Assembly: GCA_951813565.1 (NCBI GenBank)
Contig: OX638351.1
Coordinates: forward strand, 4,064,001 to 4,128,000
DNA from: an uncultured Poribacteria bacterium
GTDB lineage: Bacteria; Poribacteria; WGA-4E; WGA-3G
Length of the DNA stretch: 64,000 nt
Direction: 5' to 3'
Shown one piece after another: positions 39,844 to 49,635 of this stretch (position 1 is its first letter; every line of letters starts with the position of its first letter). The position numbers and the translations under genes were made by a program. Below the pieces are notes generated by a model. That model was not told the origin of the DNA and did not search any database. It was given only the letters and a program-made list of their open reading frames with translations.

Positions 39844-41449
39844 GAAAATTGCGGAAATGTTTGGCGTGTCCTCAACCCAGTACAGCTATCTTCTACAGAC
39901 AGAGAAGATGGTCGAAAAACGGGCACTTAAAGGACAACCCCTTTCTTCAAACATATTGAACTACGTGTTTAGTTTTCTGATAAGTGCAACGTTTTTCTTT
40001 ATTCCGTTACTGATAAACATTTCTGTCTATAGTTATGCACTTATAGGAATAACTGTATCAATGGTGATGATAGGGATATGGACGCTCCCCTACTTTGATA
40101 TTCTTATCTATCCCATAAACTACCCCGTTGTGGCGCACACACCGATATCATCGCGCACCTATTTTCTCGTCAAGTTGACACAGATACTCAGTTATACTGT
40201 CAAGTTGTTGATTTGTCTAAATCTCATACCTGCTATCGGCGGCATTTGGATTCGTAGTGGAGAATCTTCTCAACTCCAATACCTTTTTCCGTTGGTCTAT
40301 CTTCCTATCGCTATTATTTCCGGCATATTCACCGTTGGTATTATGACAACATTTGCAGGGTATTTGACAAAACTTTACGCCTATAAAAAACTACGAAATG
40401 TTGCGAAATTTTTTCAAGGATTATTTCCTCTACTGTTTCCATCAGTCTGGATGATCGTTTATTTTTTCCCTAAAGACATCCCCAAAGATACCACTATAGA
40501 AATGTTTTCCTCCGCTGCAAAATGGTTCTACGCACTGCCGAACGGTTGGTTTGCTGCCACAGCATCGGTTTTGCTTGGACAAATAGAAGTCCGTTTCCTG
40601 ATTTTAACTGCACTTGCTGTTATTTCAACCGCTTTCTTAGTCCTTGTACCACTTCAAAGCATCGCTAAAACATATTCAAAATACCTCTCTTACCTAATAG
40701 AAGTCGATGTCAAACAGAAATTTGAGTTAAAAGTGAAAATCCCTCGGTTCGCCAGAATCATTAAAAACCGTGTTATCCGTGCAGGTTTTTGTATGAGTTC
40801 TGTATATTTCTACCGAGATAAAAGGATGTTACAAGGTATATTAGGTATGCTTGGAGGTTCCATAGGCTTTTTTATTTTTTTTACACAAGCTGAAAAATTT
40901 TCTCTGGGATGGTTTATGAAGTCATACATTCCCGGACTAAATCTCGCGTTTTTTATGATGTCCTGTTTTTTCGGTGTAGCTTTTGTAAACATTTTTCTTT
41001 CTATTTTCAGGTATTCAGAACATTGGAAAGCATCTTGGATGTTTAGGGTAATACCTCTTACGGCGCCTCTTGATTTATGGCGCGGCGTACAGATAACCAC
41101 AATACTCTATACTGTTATGCCGTATGCGCTTTTGCTGTACGCTATTGCTATCGTTTTTTGGCGGGCAGCAGGGATTTTATATGTTTTACCGAGTCTGGTC
41201 TTTATCTTGTATAATATCCTGTCTCACCCGAAACCTGAATCAGGTATACCATTCTCCGAGGAAATCAACCCAAAGAAAGGCGGAATGGGGTGTGCGCATT
41301 TTATCTATGTTAATCTGGCAATAGTGGGATTCATCGGTATCCATTTTATCACTTATATGATTCATGTGTGGGTATATATTGGGGTGTATTGTGTCAGCGT
41401 TGTGGGTGGACTTATCGGGTTTGTTTATCTTTTTTCAAAAAGAAAATAA
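39836..41449 (+). CDS. ABC-2 exporter permease-like membrane protein (paralogue 2)
   Basis: Shares WTLPYFD..PINYPVVAHTP.SSRTYFLVKLTQIL, LPNGWFA and YSEHWKASWM with paralogue 1. Confidence 0.75.
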   Translation: MLEKIAEMFGVSSTQYSYLLQTEKMVEKRALKGQPLSSNILNYVFSFLISATFFFIPLLINISVYSYALIGITVSMVMIGIWTLPYFDILIYPINYPVVAHTPISSRTYFLVKLTQILSYTVKLLICLNLIPAIGGIWIRSGESSQLQYLFPLVYLPIAIISGIFTVGIMTTFAGYLTKLYAYKKLRNVAKFFQGLFPLLFPSVWMIVYFFPKDIPKDTTIEMFSSAAKWFYALPNGWFAATASVLLGQIEVRFLILTALAVISTAFLVLVPLQSIAKTYSKYLSYLIEVDVKQKFELKVKIPRFARIIKNRVIRAGFCMSSVYFYRDKRMLQGILGMLGGSIGFFIFFTQAEKFSLGWFMKSYIPGLNLAFFMMSCFFGVAFVNIFLSIFRYSEHWKASWMFRVIPLTAPLDLWRGVQITTILYTVMPYALLLYAIAIVFWRAAGILYVLPSLVFILYNILSHPKPESGIPFSEEINPKKGGMGCAHFIYVNLAIVGFIGIHFITYMIHVWVYIGVYCVSVVGGLIGFVYLFSKRK

Positions 41450-41484
41450 AAAACTGCGTAGGTTGGGTAGAGCGCATCAAAACC

Positions 41485-41702
41485 CATAGGCGTCAATTTA
41501 GGGATTTATTTCAGGTTTCACACATTTTAACCCAAACAACACCGCAACCCGATTGTAGGGGCGGGTCTCTGTGCCCGCCCATTGTCTAAATACATCAGAT
41601 ATGGCGGGGCACAGAGACCCCGCCAAATGCCAAAAAGCGCATTTGGCGTTGATTTGGCCCTACAATGTGTGACGGGATTTGCCCACTAAATTGACGCCTA
41701 TG
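41485..41702. mobile_element. CATAG-TIR MITE with 19-bp TSD in a REP
   Basis: GGTAGAGCGCATCAAAACC at 41466-41484 and 41703-41721; perfect 16-bp TIRs. Confidence 0.9.
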
Positions 41703-41851
41703 GGTAGAGCGCATCAAAACCCAACATAATATAAATAGTCTCGTTTGTAAGAGGCACAATGAATTGCGCGACTACAAACGCCGATTTTCACTCCCGAAAC
41801 GTGAAACGTGGTGGACGGAAACCCACGGCGTGTGCCTACTACTGTGCAGAA

Positions 41852-43228
41852 TCACTTTGCCAAATCTTTCGCTTTTTGGAACTTCTGTTTAGCGAATTGT
41901 CCCCACTCTTTGATCTTCTCGTTGCGATAGATAGGGTCTTTCCAGTCAGCAGCTGCAACTTTCATCGCTTCCTCTTCAGAAATCGGCATCTCCACCAGCG
42001 CTGCAATTGCCGCATCACGTTTCTCAGCATCTGGACATTCTCGGATTGCTTTCCACGCATCAACAAGGTCTATATGCGAATCAATAATAAGTATACCAAA
42101 GAGGTCATTAACAATATCCCACCGTGCGCTGCCTTTATCAGCATCATAAGGAAACGGAGATAATTCTAAAGTAAACGGGTTCGTCACAACACATCGATCC
42201 CCTAATTCGTCATAGAGCGTAGGCAGCACGCTGGCTCGGTTCAATCCACCTTTCCATTTAGGTCCTTCATTATCACTATCGCGCAGCATCCACAGTTTTT
42301 GCGCCTGTTCAGACAAAACGAACTCAACAAACTTTTTCGCTATCTCCATGTTCGGCGCACCTTTCAGAATTGCGATTGAATCTGGATTGACAACAGTACC
42401 ATCCGTTGGCAAAACATATTTGATTTTTTCAGAACCTAATGCAGCGATTTGGCTATAAGCATAAAAATCAATCGCTAACCCGTAAATCACTTGCCCTGCA
42501 CCAACGTCTCTTGGAATAACGTTGGACCCAGCAGAAAACTTCTTCACATTTCCACCCAATTTCGTCAGGAGTGCAAATCCTTTCTCCCATCCGTGTGTTT
42601 GGAGGATTATTTCATACATCATGTGTGCACTACCACTTTCTCTTGGGTCGGCAGCACCAATTTGATTGATTAAAGCGATGTCTCCCAAATCCTCCCATTT
42701 TGTGGCTTTCGGTAAATTTTTCATCTCACGCAGCTGATCATTGTACATAATACCGAAACTTGATAACGCCGCACCATACCACCGATGTTTAGAATCGTAG
42801 ACAGGAATCCCATGATACGATTGTGGAATCTGTTTCAGTTGCGCATCAGGAAGTTTGTATGAAGTTAACAACCCCATCTCAGAAAGGCGGAGATAACTGT
42901 CCGTTCCACCGCCAAAGAAAATATCAATGCCGATACCCTCTGGTACCCGCTTAAACTCAGATTCAATAAACCGATAGTTGGACGAAGTACCACCAACATC
43001 TCGCCAATCAGTTTTGACGGGTCTACCTGTCTGTGCCTCATACCATTTTTCAAAATTGCTGCCGAATTCTGTCTCAATACTTTCTGGATGTGGTGATATA
43101 ATGATAAGTTGATCTTGTGTCTGGTCCGGTGACTTGCATTGCCAAAATACCATTACGCAGAGCAGTATCCCTAACGTTGCGATATGGGTAACCTTCAAAG
43201 TTTGCCGTAACGGATTTAAATAGGACAT
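41852..43228 (-). CDS. ABC transporter substrate-binding protein (Fe3+/AfuA-like), probable lipoprotein
   Basis: IISPH, DIFFGGG, DPRESGS and NPDSIAILKGAPN motifs. Confidence 0.85.
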   Translation of the reverse strand: MSYLNPLRQTLKVTHIATLGILLCVMVFWQCKSPDQTQDQLIIISPHPESIETEFGSNFEKWYEAQTGRPVKTDWRDVGGTSSNYRFIESEFKRVPEGIGIDIFFGGGTDSYLRLSEMGLLTSYKLPDAQLKQIPQSYHGIPVYDSKHRWYGAALSSFGIMYNDQLREMKNLPKATKWEDLGDIALINQIGAADPRESGSAHMMYEIILQTHGWEKGFALLTKLGGNVKKFSAGSNVIPRDVGAGQVIYGLAIDFYAYSQIAALGSEKIKYVLPTDGTVVNPDSIAILKGAPNMEIAKKFVEFVLSEQAQKLWMLRDSDNEGPKWKGGLNRASVLPTLYDELGDRCVVTNPFTLELSPFPYDADKGSARWDIVNDLFGILIIDSHIDLVDAWKAIRECPDAEKRDAAIAALVEMPISEEEAMKVAAADWKDPIYRNEKIKEWGQFAKQKFQKAKDLAK

Positions 43229-43310
43229 AGTTGTGATTTCTCCTCTGAAAATTTAAGTTTTGTTACAAATCATTCGTGGTCGCGACTGAAAACCGAAACC
43301 GATAAATTTA

Positions 43311-43451
43311 TCAGACTCTGAACAGCGAAATAATATCCTGCATTTTCCACGCTAAAATCAGGATTCCCGCGAGCAGAATTATGTACCACACAATCATCGC
43401 TTTTACTTGTTTTTTCTTGAAGAACGAACGCGGTGGTCTGTTCTGTTTCAT
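43311..43451 (-). CDS. Small (46 aa) single-pass membrane protein
   Basis: AAGGAG RBS 7 nt before ATG; basic N-terminus followed by one TM helix. Confidence 0.55.
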   Translation of the reverse strand: MKQNRPPRSFFKKKQVKAMIVWYIILLAGILILAWKMQDIISLFRV

Positions 43452-44039
43452 TAGTTTGCTCCTTATACCTATCCGTCGAAACGGATTGCAACTCCTACAT
43501 AGATGCGACAATAATAGCATATCTTATCCAGAAGCGTCAAGCCAAATCCCAGAGTCGGGCAGGGTTATTTAGTTTTCTATATTTCCGACGATTTTTATCA
43601 TACACGTTAATGCTTATAATAGTATCGTCCGTTGGGTAGAGCTTGCGAAACCCATAGGCATCAATTTAGTGGGCAAATCCCGTCAAACCTTGTAGGGCCA
43701 AATCAACGCCAAATGCGCGTGTGGCATTTGTCGGGACTAAAGAGCGTGTCCGCAACGTTTTCTATAAACATATCGTCCCTACGGGACTAAGGAAAATACC
43801 GAATTTATTTTTTAATCTTCATTTAGTTTGCGTCTCATAAGGCACAAACTGAAAGTTTGTGCTACAACTTCTATTGTCCATTATCTTTCCAAGACAAGTT
43901 TAGCAAAGTGTCCCAATAATTTCAAAGTTCACTATAAATAGCCCTGCCACTATAAAACTTTTCTGTTGTCATTTTTTTAGAGATATGGTATTGTAAAAGA
44001 TAAGATTTTGACCACACTAAAGAGGACAACTTGTTGAGT

Positions 44040-46424
44040 ATGCTAAAAAAGCTGATTGGTATCCTTTTTATTTTGAGTTTGTTCCCCATTTTTGCTATAG
44101 CCAACCCGCCAAAGGCACGTAGTCACCTTCCCTCAAACTCCGTTGCGATGAGTGATGATGCGTTAGCCACTTTTTTTAATCCCGCAGGGTTAGGCACTAA
44201 TCGCGCCCTGAATTTATACTACTTACGAACATACCACAGCGATTGGCCTGGTGATGATGCACTCTATATCTCGGCACCAAGTGGTGGATTCAGCATGGAA
44301 TTCGTAAACGCTGCAAATGATATTGACTTTGCGCGTTACAGTTTGTCTGCAGGACACCATTTCGGTAACGCGCTGTACTGGGGAACAAGTTATAGTTGGA
44401 TCAACTCAGACAATAGGTTTTATGACCGATTCAAATCGCTTTCTGTGGGTTTAATGTATCGGCGCCGCTATATCTCAATAGGCGCAATCGGACGCGACCT
44501 CAATCGTCCGAAATTGTTTAATCAAAAATTGGGACGAACCTACGATGTTGGTGTTGCGCTCCGTCCAGGAACATGGCGCACCACTTTTTCTGTAGATATG
44601 CGCAAAACACAAGATGTGGATGAAATTGTCCTCAGTTACGCTGTTGAAATCCGCCCAATTCGGGAACTCATGCTACGTGGAACTTATAACAGTGATAGCA
44701 GTTTTGACATCCGTTTTGGTATTAACGTTGGAAATTTCGGTATCGGCACAGCGAATTATTTTGATGAAAATAGAAAAACAAACGCTGGGATTGGTTACTT
44801 CAACTTTTCAACAGCCGCTATAACCAAACCGATTCCCCGTAAACGTATTTTCCTTGACTTAGGAATGCACCAACTTGATAGAACACTCCGCATCGCTAAA
44901 TGGGACGAAGATGTGGCTGGCGTTTTAATTCGAATTAATGGGGGCAGATATGGAATAGGGCAATTCCAAGAGATAAGTGATGCTATCCTGGAATTTAAGG
45001 GATCGGGCAAAGTTGTTATCTGCTATATCACTAATTGCTCAACAGGAGATTACATCGTAGCCTCAGCGTGTGATGTTATCCTGATGCATCCAAGTGCTGA
45101 GGTGCGCCTTATCGGATTACGGTCAGAACGTAGTTTTTACAAAGGTGCTTTGGACAAACTCGGTATTCAAGCACATTTTGAACATATTGGCGAATATAAA
45201 TCTGCATCGGAACCGTTCACTCGAAGCGATATGTCTGAACCACATCGCGAGAACCAAAATGCGCTCCTTGATGACCTATATGATCAACTCACTAAAATTA
45301 TTGCTACAGCAAGAGGATGGTCATCTGAACACGTTAAACAACTAATTGATCACGGACCCTATACTGCTACTGGCGCACTCAGATCCAAAATTGTTGACGA
45401 ACTTGTTTATGAGGATAGACTGAAGGACAGAGCAAGTAAACTTACGGCAAGTGATGTTACCCTTGTTAAGATCAATGATTATCTAAAAAGTGGTTTGTAT
45501 CCTCACGATTGGACTGTTGCAAAACCCAAAATTGCGGTTATTGAAGCAAAAGGGTTGATGTTAACCGGAGAAAGTTTTGCCGATCCTTTTACTGGGACGA
45601 CGGTAATGGGAGCAGGTACGATAGCGCGTGCAATCAAGTATACGCGCGAAGACGCATCAATTAAAGCAGTTGTCCTGCGAATTGATAGTGGAGGCGGGTT
45701 AGTTATCGCTGCGGATATTATCTGGAATGAACTCATGTGGCTCACGCAGGTAAAACCAGTTGTTGTCTCTATGGCAGACATCGCCGCTTCTGGTGGATAT
45801 TATATTGCTGCACCTGCGGATGTTATTGTCGCCGAACCAGGAACAATAACTGGTTCGATCGGTGTCATCGGTGGAAAGTATAGTTTCAAAGGATTGTATG
45901 AAAAACTCGGTATCAAGAAAGAAATTATGACTCGCGGGGCACATGCAGACTTTTATAGTGATTATAGCGATTACTCTCCAGACGAACAGAAGATCGTTCA
46001 GAAGCAAATCAACGAAATTTATGAAGATTTTATCTCTAAAGTCGCACAGGGAAGAGCGCAATTAACGAGAGAAGATGTGGATAAAGTTGCCCGCGGCCGT
46101 GTATGGACAGGAAGGCAAGCGAAAGAGAAAGGATTGGTTGATGAACTCGGTGGATTGAGCAAGGCACTTTCAATTGCGCAGAAACGTGCAGGTTTGGAAA
46201 AAAAGACTGTAGAGATAGTTCGATTTCCTAAACTACCTTGGATAGCACAATTATTCGGAAATATTCGGCTCATATCCACAAAACAGAGGGTCCTATCACA
46301 AGGTATGTCCCAACCTTATGTGCGTCAATTACTTGGGCAAACGACCAGTTTAAAATTGATCAATATCATTAAGAAGCATCGCATCTTTCTATTGATGCCT
46401 TATCAAATTAACGTGGGTTCATAA
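44040..46424 (+). CDS. sppA: Signal peptide peptidase SppA (S49, tandem domains) with an N-terminal beta-barrel-like domain
   Basis: GEYKSASEP (catalytic Lys), AASGGYY (catalytic Ser), TITGSIGV and GRVWTG; ~270-aa beta-rich N-terminal region with FFNPAGL. Confidence 0.88.
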   Translation: MLKKLIGILFILSLFPIFAIANPPKARSHLPSNSVAMSDDALATFFNPAGLGTNRALNLYYLRTYHSDWPGDDALYISAPSGGFSMEFVNAANDIDFARYSLSAGHHFGNALYWGTSYSWINSDNRFYDRFKSLSVGLMYRRRYISIGAIGRDLNRPKLFNQKLGRTYDVGVALRPGTWRTTFSVDMRKTQDVDEIVLSYAVEIRPIRELMLRGTYNSDSSFDIRFGINVGNFGIGTANYFDENRKTNAGIGYFNFSTAAITKPIPRKRIFLDLGMHQLDRTLRIAKWDEDVAGVLIRINGGRYGIGQFQEISDAILEFKGSGKVVICYITNCSTGDYIVASACDVILMHPSAEVRLIGLRSERSFYKGALDKLGIQAHFEHIGEYKSASEPFTRSDMSEPHRENQNALLDDLYDQLTKIIATARGWSSEHVKQLIDHGPYTATGALRSKIVDELVYEDRLKDRASKLTASDVTLVKINDYLKSGLYPHDWTVAKPKIAVIEAKGLMLTGESFADPFTGTTVMGAGTIARAIKYTREDASIKAVVLRIDSGGGLVIAADIIWNELMWLTQVKPVVVSMADIAASGGYYIAAPADVIVAEPGTITGSIGVIGGKYSFKGLYEKLGIKKEIMTRGAHADFYSDYSDYSPDEQKIVQKQINEIYEDFISKVAQGRAQLTREDVDKVARGRVWTGRQAKEKGLVDELGGLSKALSIAQKRAGLEKKTVEIVRFPKLPWIAQLFGNIRLISTKQRVLSQGMSQPYVRQLLGQTTSLKLINIIKKHRIFLLMPYQINVGS

Positions 46425-46485
46425 AATTGAACTCTATTATAATTTTGCAAGATGAGCCAAATGACGGATTCAAGGAAAGTATTCG

Positions 46486-47124
46486 ATGACACAAGTCAAT
46501 GAATTTGCTATTGCCAGACAGAGAATGGTCCGCAACCAAATTGAAAATCGTGATATTCAGAATCCTGATATACTGGCTGCAATGTGTAAAATTCAGAGGC
46601 ATCTTTTTGTAACACCTGAATTTCATAAATGGGCTTATCACGATAGACCCCTTCCAATAGATAAGGGGCAAACGATTTCGCAACCCTATATGGTTGCATT
46701 GATGACAGCATTATTAAAATTAACCCCTCATTCAAAAGTACTAGAAATCGGAACAGGGTGTGGGTATCAAACCGCTGTGTTGGCAGAAGTTGCCGAAGAG
46801 GTTTATTCCGTTGAAATTCTTCCTGAACTCGCTAAAAGTGCAGAAGCACGACTAAAAGCACTTAATTATCAAAATATACATCTAAAACAAGCGAACGGTT
46901 ATTTCGGTTGGATTGAGCATGCGCCGTATGATGGCGTGGTCGTAACTGCTGCCCCTAAAAATATACCGCACCGACTTACACAGCAACTCGTTGAAGGTGG
47001 ACGAATGGTTATCCCTGTTGGTTCAGATACGCAGGAACTTTTCGTAATTCAGAAATGTAACGGAAAAGTTGAAACCACGAGGATCATTGGTGTCAGTTTT
47101 GTTCCAATGACAGGCACACCGTAG
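46486..47124 (+). CDS. pcm: Protein-L-isoaspartate O-methyltransferase
   Basis: GQTISQPYMVA, VLEIGTGCGYQTA, APYD, and FVPM motifs. Confidence 0.95.
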   Translation: MTQVNEFAIARQRMVRNQIENRDIQNPDILAAMCKIQRHLFVTPEFHKWAYHDRPLPIDKGQTISQPYMVALMTALLKLTPHSKVLEIGTGCGYQTAVLAEVAEEVYSVEILPELAKSAEARLKALNYQNIHLKQANGYFGWIEHAPYDGVVVTAAPKNIPHRLTQQLVEGGRMVIPVGSDTQELFVIQKCNGKVETTRIIGVSFVPMTGTP

Positions 47125-47132
47125 GAGAAAAA

Positions 47133-48089
47133 ATGACAAAAATTAGATTGAGATGTTATTACATACTGTTTATATTTTTATTATTCACACCCTCTGTTTA
47201 TGCTGCTTTTGATGACATTGGTGTTGGCGCTCGTCCTCTCGGTCTCGGCGGGGCTTTTGTTGCTCTCGCTGATGATAGCAACGCTGCTAACTACAACGCT
47301 GGTGGTTTAGCCTATATTAAGGAAATTCAGATTGGCGCCACCCATGCACAAAGATTCAGCGGACTCATCACCTATAACACAATTAGTGGTATTCTTCCCC
47401 TCGGCAGAGTCGGAACTTTCGGCGCAAATATCGGTATTTTGGCGGAAGATTCACAGATTTATCAAGAACAAACGTTGCGCTTCTCTTACGGGAATACGCT
47501 TTTCAAGCAATTAGGGTTAGGAATCAACCTAAAACTATTTGGGACAACTTTTGATGAGGCAAACGAATTCGTTGCTGAGAATCCGTATTTTGCCAATACC
47601 TCAAGTTCAGCCTTATCGTTTGATCTGGGTGTAATTGTTAAGCCATTCAATAGCTTGAGTATCGGTGTATCGGTGGAAAATATACTTCCTGCAGATATAA
47701 GCATATCCGAAAATCAGACAGACTCGGTACCACAAAATATACGTGCAGGCTTGGCATACAATCTTGCATCTATCGCTGAGATGAGTGCACAGGGTGAGGC
47801 AATCAGCAACATATTGAAAGCAGCTTTGGGAACTATTGAAGTTGCAGCTCGAAACGGTGAGATTTCTACGCGAGCAGGCGTAGAAATCTGGTTGAACAAA
47901 GCTATCGGTATCCGAGGTGGTTACGGAATGAATAGCGGAGGGAATTCTGCTACGACCCTGAATCTCGGTGGTAGTGCTAAGATACCGATTAGCAGCACGG
48001 CACTTCAACTTGACTATGGATTTCAGTTCCTGACTGGAGACCTTCAAGACAACACAACACAACGATTCTCCGTAAATATATTATTCTAA
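47133..48089 (+). CDS. PorV/PorQ-like outer-membrane beta-barrel
   Basis: Signal peptide; GVGARPLGLGGAFVALADD..A..YNAGGL; amphipathic strands; terminal Phe. Confidence 0.75.
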   Translation: MTKIRLRCYYILFIFLLFTPSVYAAFDDIGVGARPLGLGGAFVALADDSNAANYNAGGLAYIKEIQIGATHAQRFSGLITYNTISGILPLGRVGTFGANIGILAEDSQIYQEQTLRFSYGNTLFKQLGLGINLKLFGTTFDEANEFVAENPYFANTSSSALSFDLGVIVKPFNSLSIGVSVENILPADISISENQTDSVPQNIRAGLAYNLASIAEMSAQGEAISNILKAALGTIEVAARNGEISTRAGVEIWLNKAIGIRGGYGMNSGGNSATTLNLGGSAKIPISSTALQLDYGFQFLTGDLQDNTTQRFSVNILF

Positions 48090-48104
48090 GATGGGAAGTA
48101 CTTC

Positions 48105-49502
48105 ATGAAAAACGCAATCCTCTTTATAACCTTTATCATTAGCCTCCTTTTCAGTCTACATAGTTACAGTGCAGTGACATCACATGGTGAAATTAACGTT
48201 GCGGGTGAAACGAAAGGTATTGTCCCTGCCAGTTCAACAGTACCATTGGTTGTGACACTTATTATTGACAGGTCTCTGGCAGTAGCTGGAGAAGAAGACA
48301 TTAAGACTATTGAAATAATAATGCCTACAGGGTTTGTGCCTCAATTATCTGATTTTGATAGTATCTTACGAGATGGAAAAAAACTAAATGCGAAAGCAGT
48401 AATCTCTGGAAATGCGCTGCGTGTGGAACTGGCGCAAACGATCGTGGATATTCAGAATTCAATATATGAAATTTCATTTGACTGCAGAACGTCAAATAAT
48501 TTTGGTGAAGTAGTATTCAAAGTAAGACTCCGCAATAATCAAGATGCTCCAATTGGCGAATTTATTAAAGAAGGACAAGCAGATGGCAAATTAAATAACG
48601 ACAAGTTCAGATTACAAGTAATCCCAAATGTGCCGCCTGCCCCTGTTACGGGCTTTACTGCCGAGGCTGACAAAACCGGTGAAAATGATGTAACACTCCG
48701 TTGGCAAAAATCGACGGATCCGGATGTCAATGGATACCTTATCTATCGGGATAAGGATTCCCAAATCAATGTACAAAAACGTGAATCAACGACATTCCGC
48801 GATGTTAATGTTTTTCCCGGAACTCATACATACGAAATAACCGCCTATAAAACACTTTTTTTACAATCAGAACGTTCACCGATACAGACTGTAGAGGTAT
48901 CAGAAGACACTGCTGCACCAGAACCACCGAACATGCTCCGCGTTGTTACCTCAAGCGAGGGTATAGAAGTATCGTGGAAGCCGAGTATTAGTCGCGACAC
49001 AACAAGGTATAAAATTTTGTTTGGTTCCTCAGAGGTTGAAACTTTGGAACTTCTTCCTGATGGTGAAATTTTTACCGAAGATGTGGCGCATGAATCTTCC
49101 GATTTTAAATTTGTAGATAGAAGACCCTTATCAGTGGGTAGTTTTATTTATGCCGTAGTCGCGATTGACGAGGTTAACAACGAATCTGCCCCTGCAAAGA
49201 AAAGACTTCGGATATTCGATAAACCCTATCCCAATCCGTTTACACCTCTTTCGGATGATTCAGATTTTAATTCCATTGTTTTTCCAGCACGTGCAGTTGA
49301 AGATGTTGAGGGAGAATTCAGTGTGCTGCTCTTTAACCTAAACGGCGTGCTTGTTAAAACCTTGACTGCACAACTTGGGGAAACAGAACTGAAATGGGAC
49401 GGTAAAGATGAAAGCGGTGAAATTGTTGAAAGCGGTATTTATATCTATCAATTACAGGTTGGCGATAGTTTCAAAACGGGAACAATCATTGTTGCGAAAT
49501 AG
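48105..49502 (+). CDS. Secreted Fn3-domain protein with FlgD-Ig/T9SS-like C-terminal domain
   Basis: Two Fn3-like units; PYPNPFTP..WDGKDESGEIVESGIYIYQL. Confidence 0.75.
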   Translation: MKNAILFITFIISLLFSLHSYSAVTSHGEINVAGETKGIVPASSTVPLVVTLIIDRSLAVAGEEDIKTIEIIMPTGFVPQLSDFDSILRDGKKLNAKAVISGNALRVELAQTIVDIQNSIYEISFDCRTSNNFGEVVFKVRLRNNQDAPIGEFIKEGQADGKLNNDKFRLQVIPNVPPAPVTGFTAEADKTGENDVTLRWQKSTDPDVNGYLIYRDKDSQINVQKRESTTFRDVNVFPGTHTYEITAYKTLFLQSERSPIQTVEVSEDTAAPEPPNMLRVVTSSEGIEVSWKPSISRDTTRYKILFGSSEVETLELLPDGEIFTEDVAHESSDFKFVDRRPLSVGSFIYAVVAIDEVNNESAPAKKRLRIFDKPYPNPFTPLSDDSDFNSIVFPARAVEDVEGEFSVLLFNLNGVLVKTLTAQLGETELKWDGKDESGEIVESGIYIYQLQVGDSFKTGTIIVAK

Positions 49503-49635
49503 AACCGCATCTATGCGGTATTGTTCAAATGAGTTTTGAAATAGATTTTAGAAATATTTGACTTAATATTAGATACACAGTTATACTATAGAATTAGAAT
49601 CTTCTCAGAAGAATTTTAAATATAAAGGAGTTATC

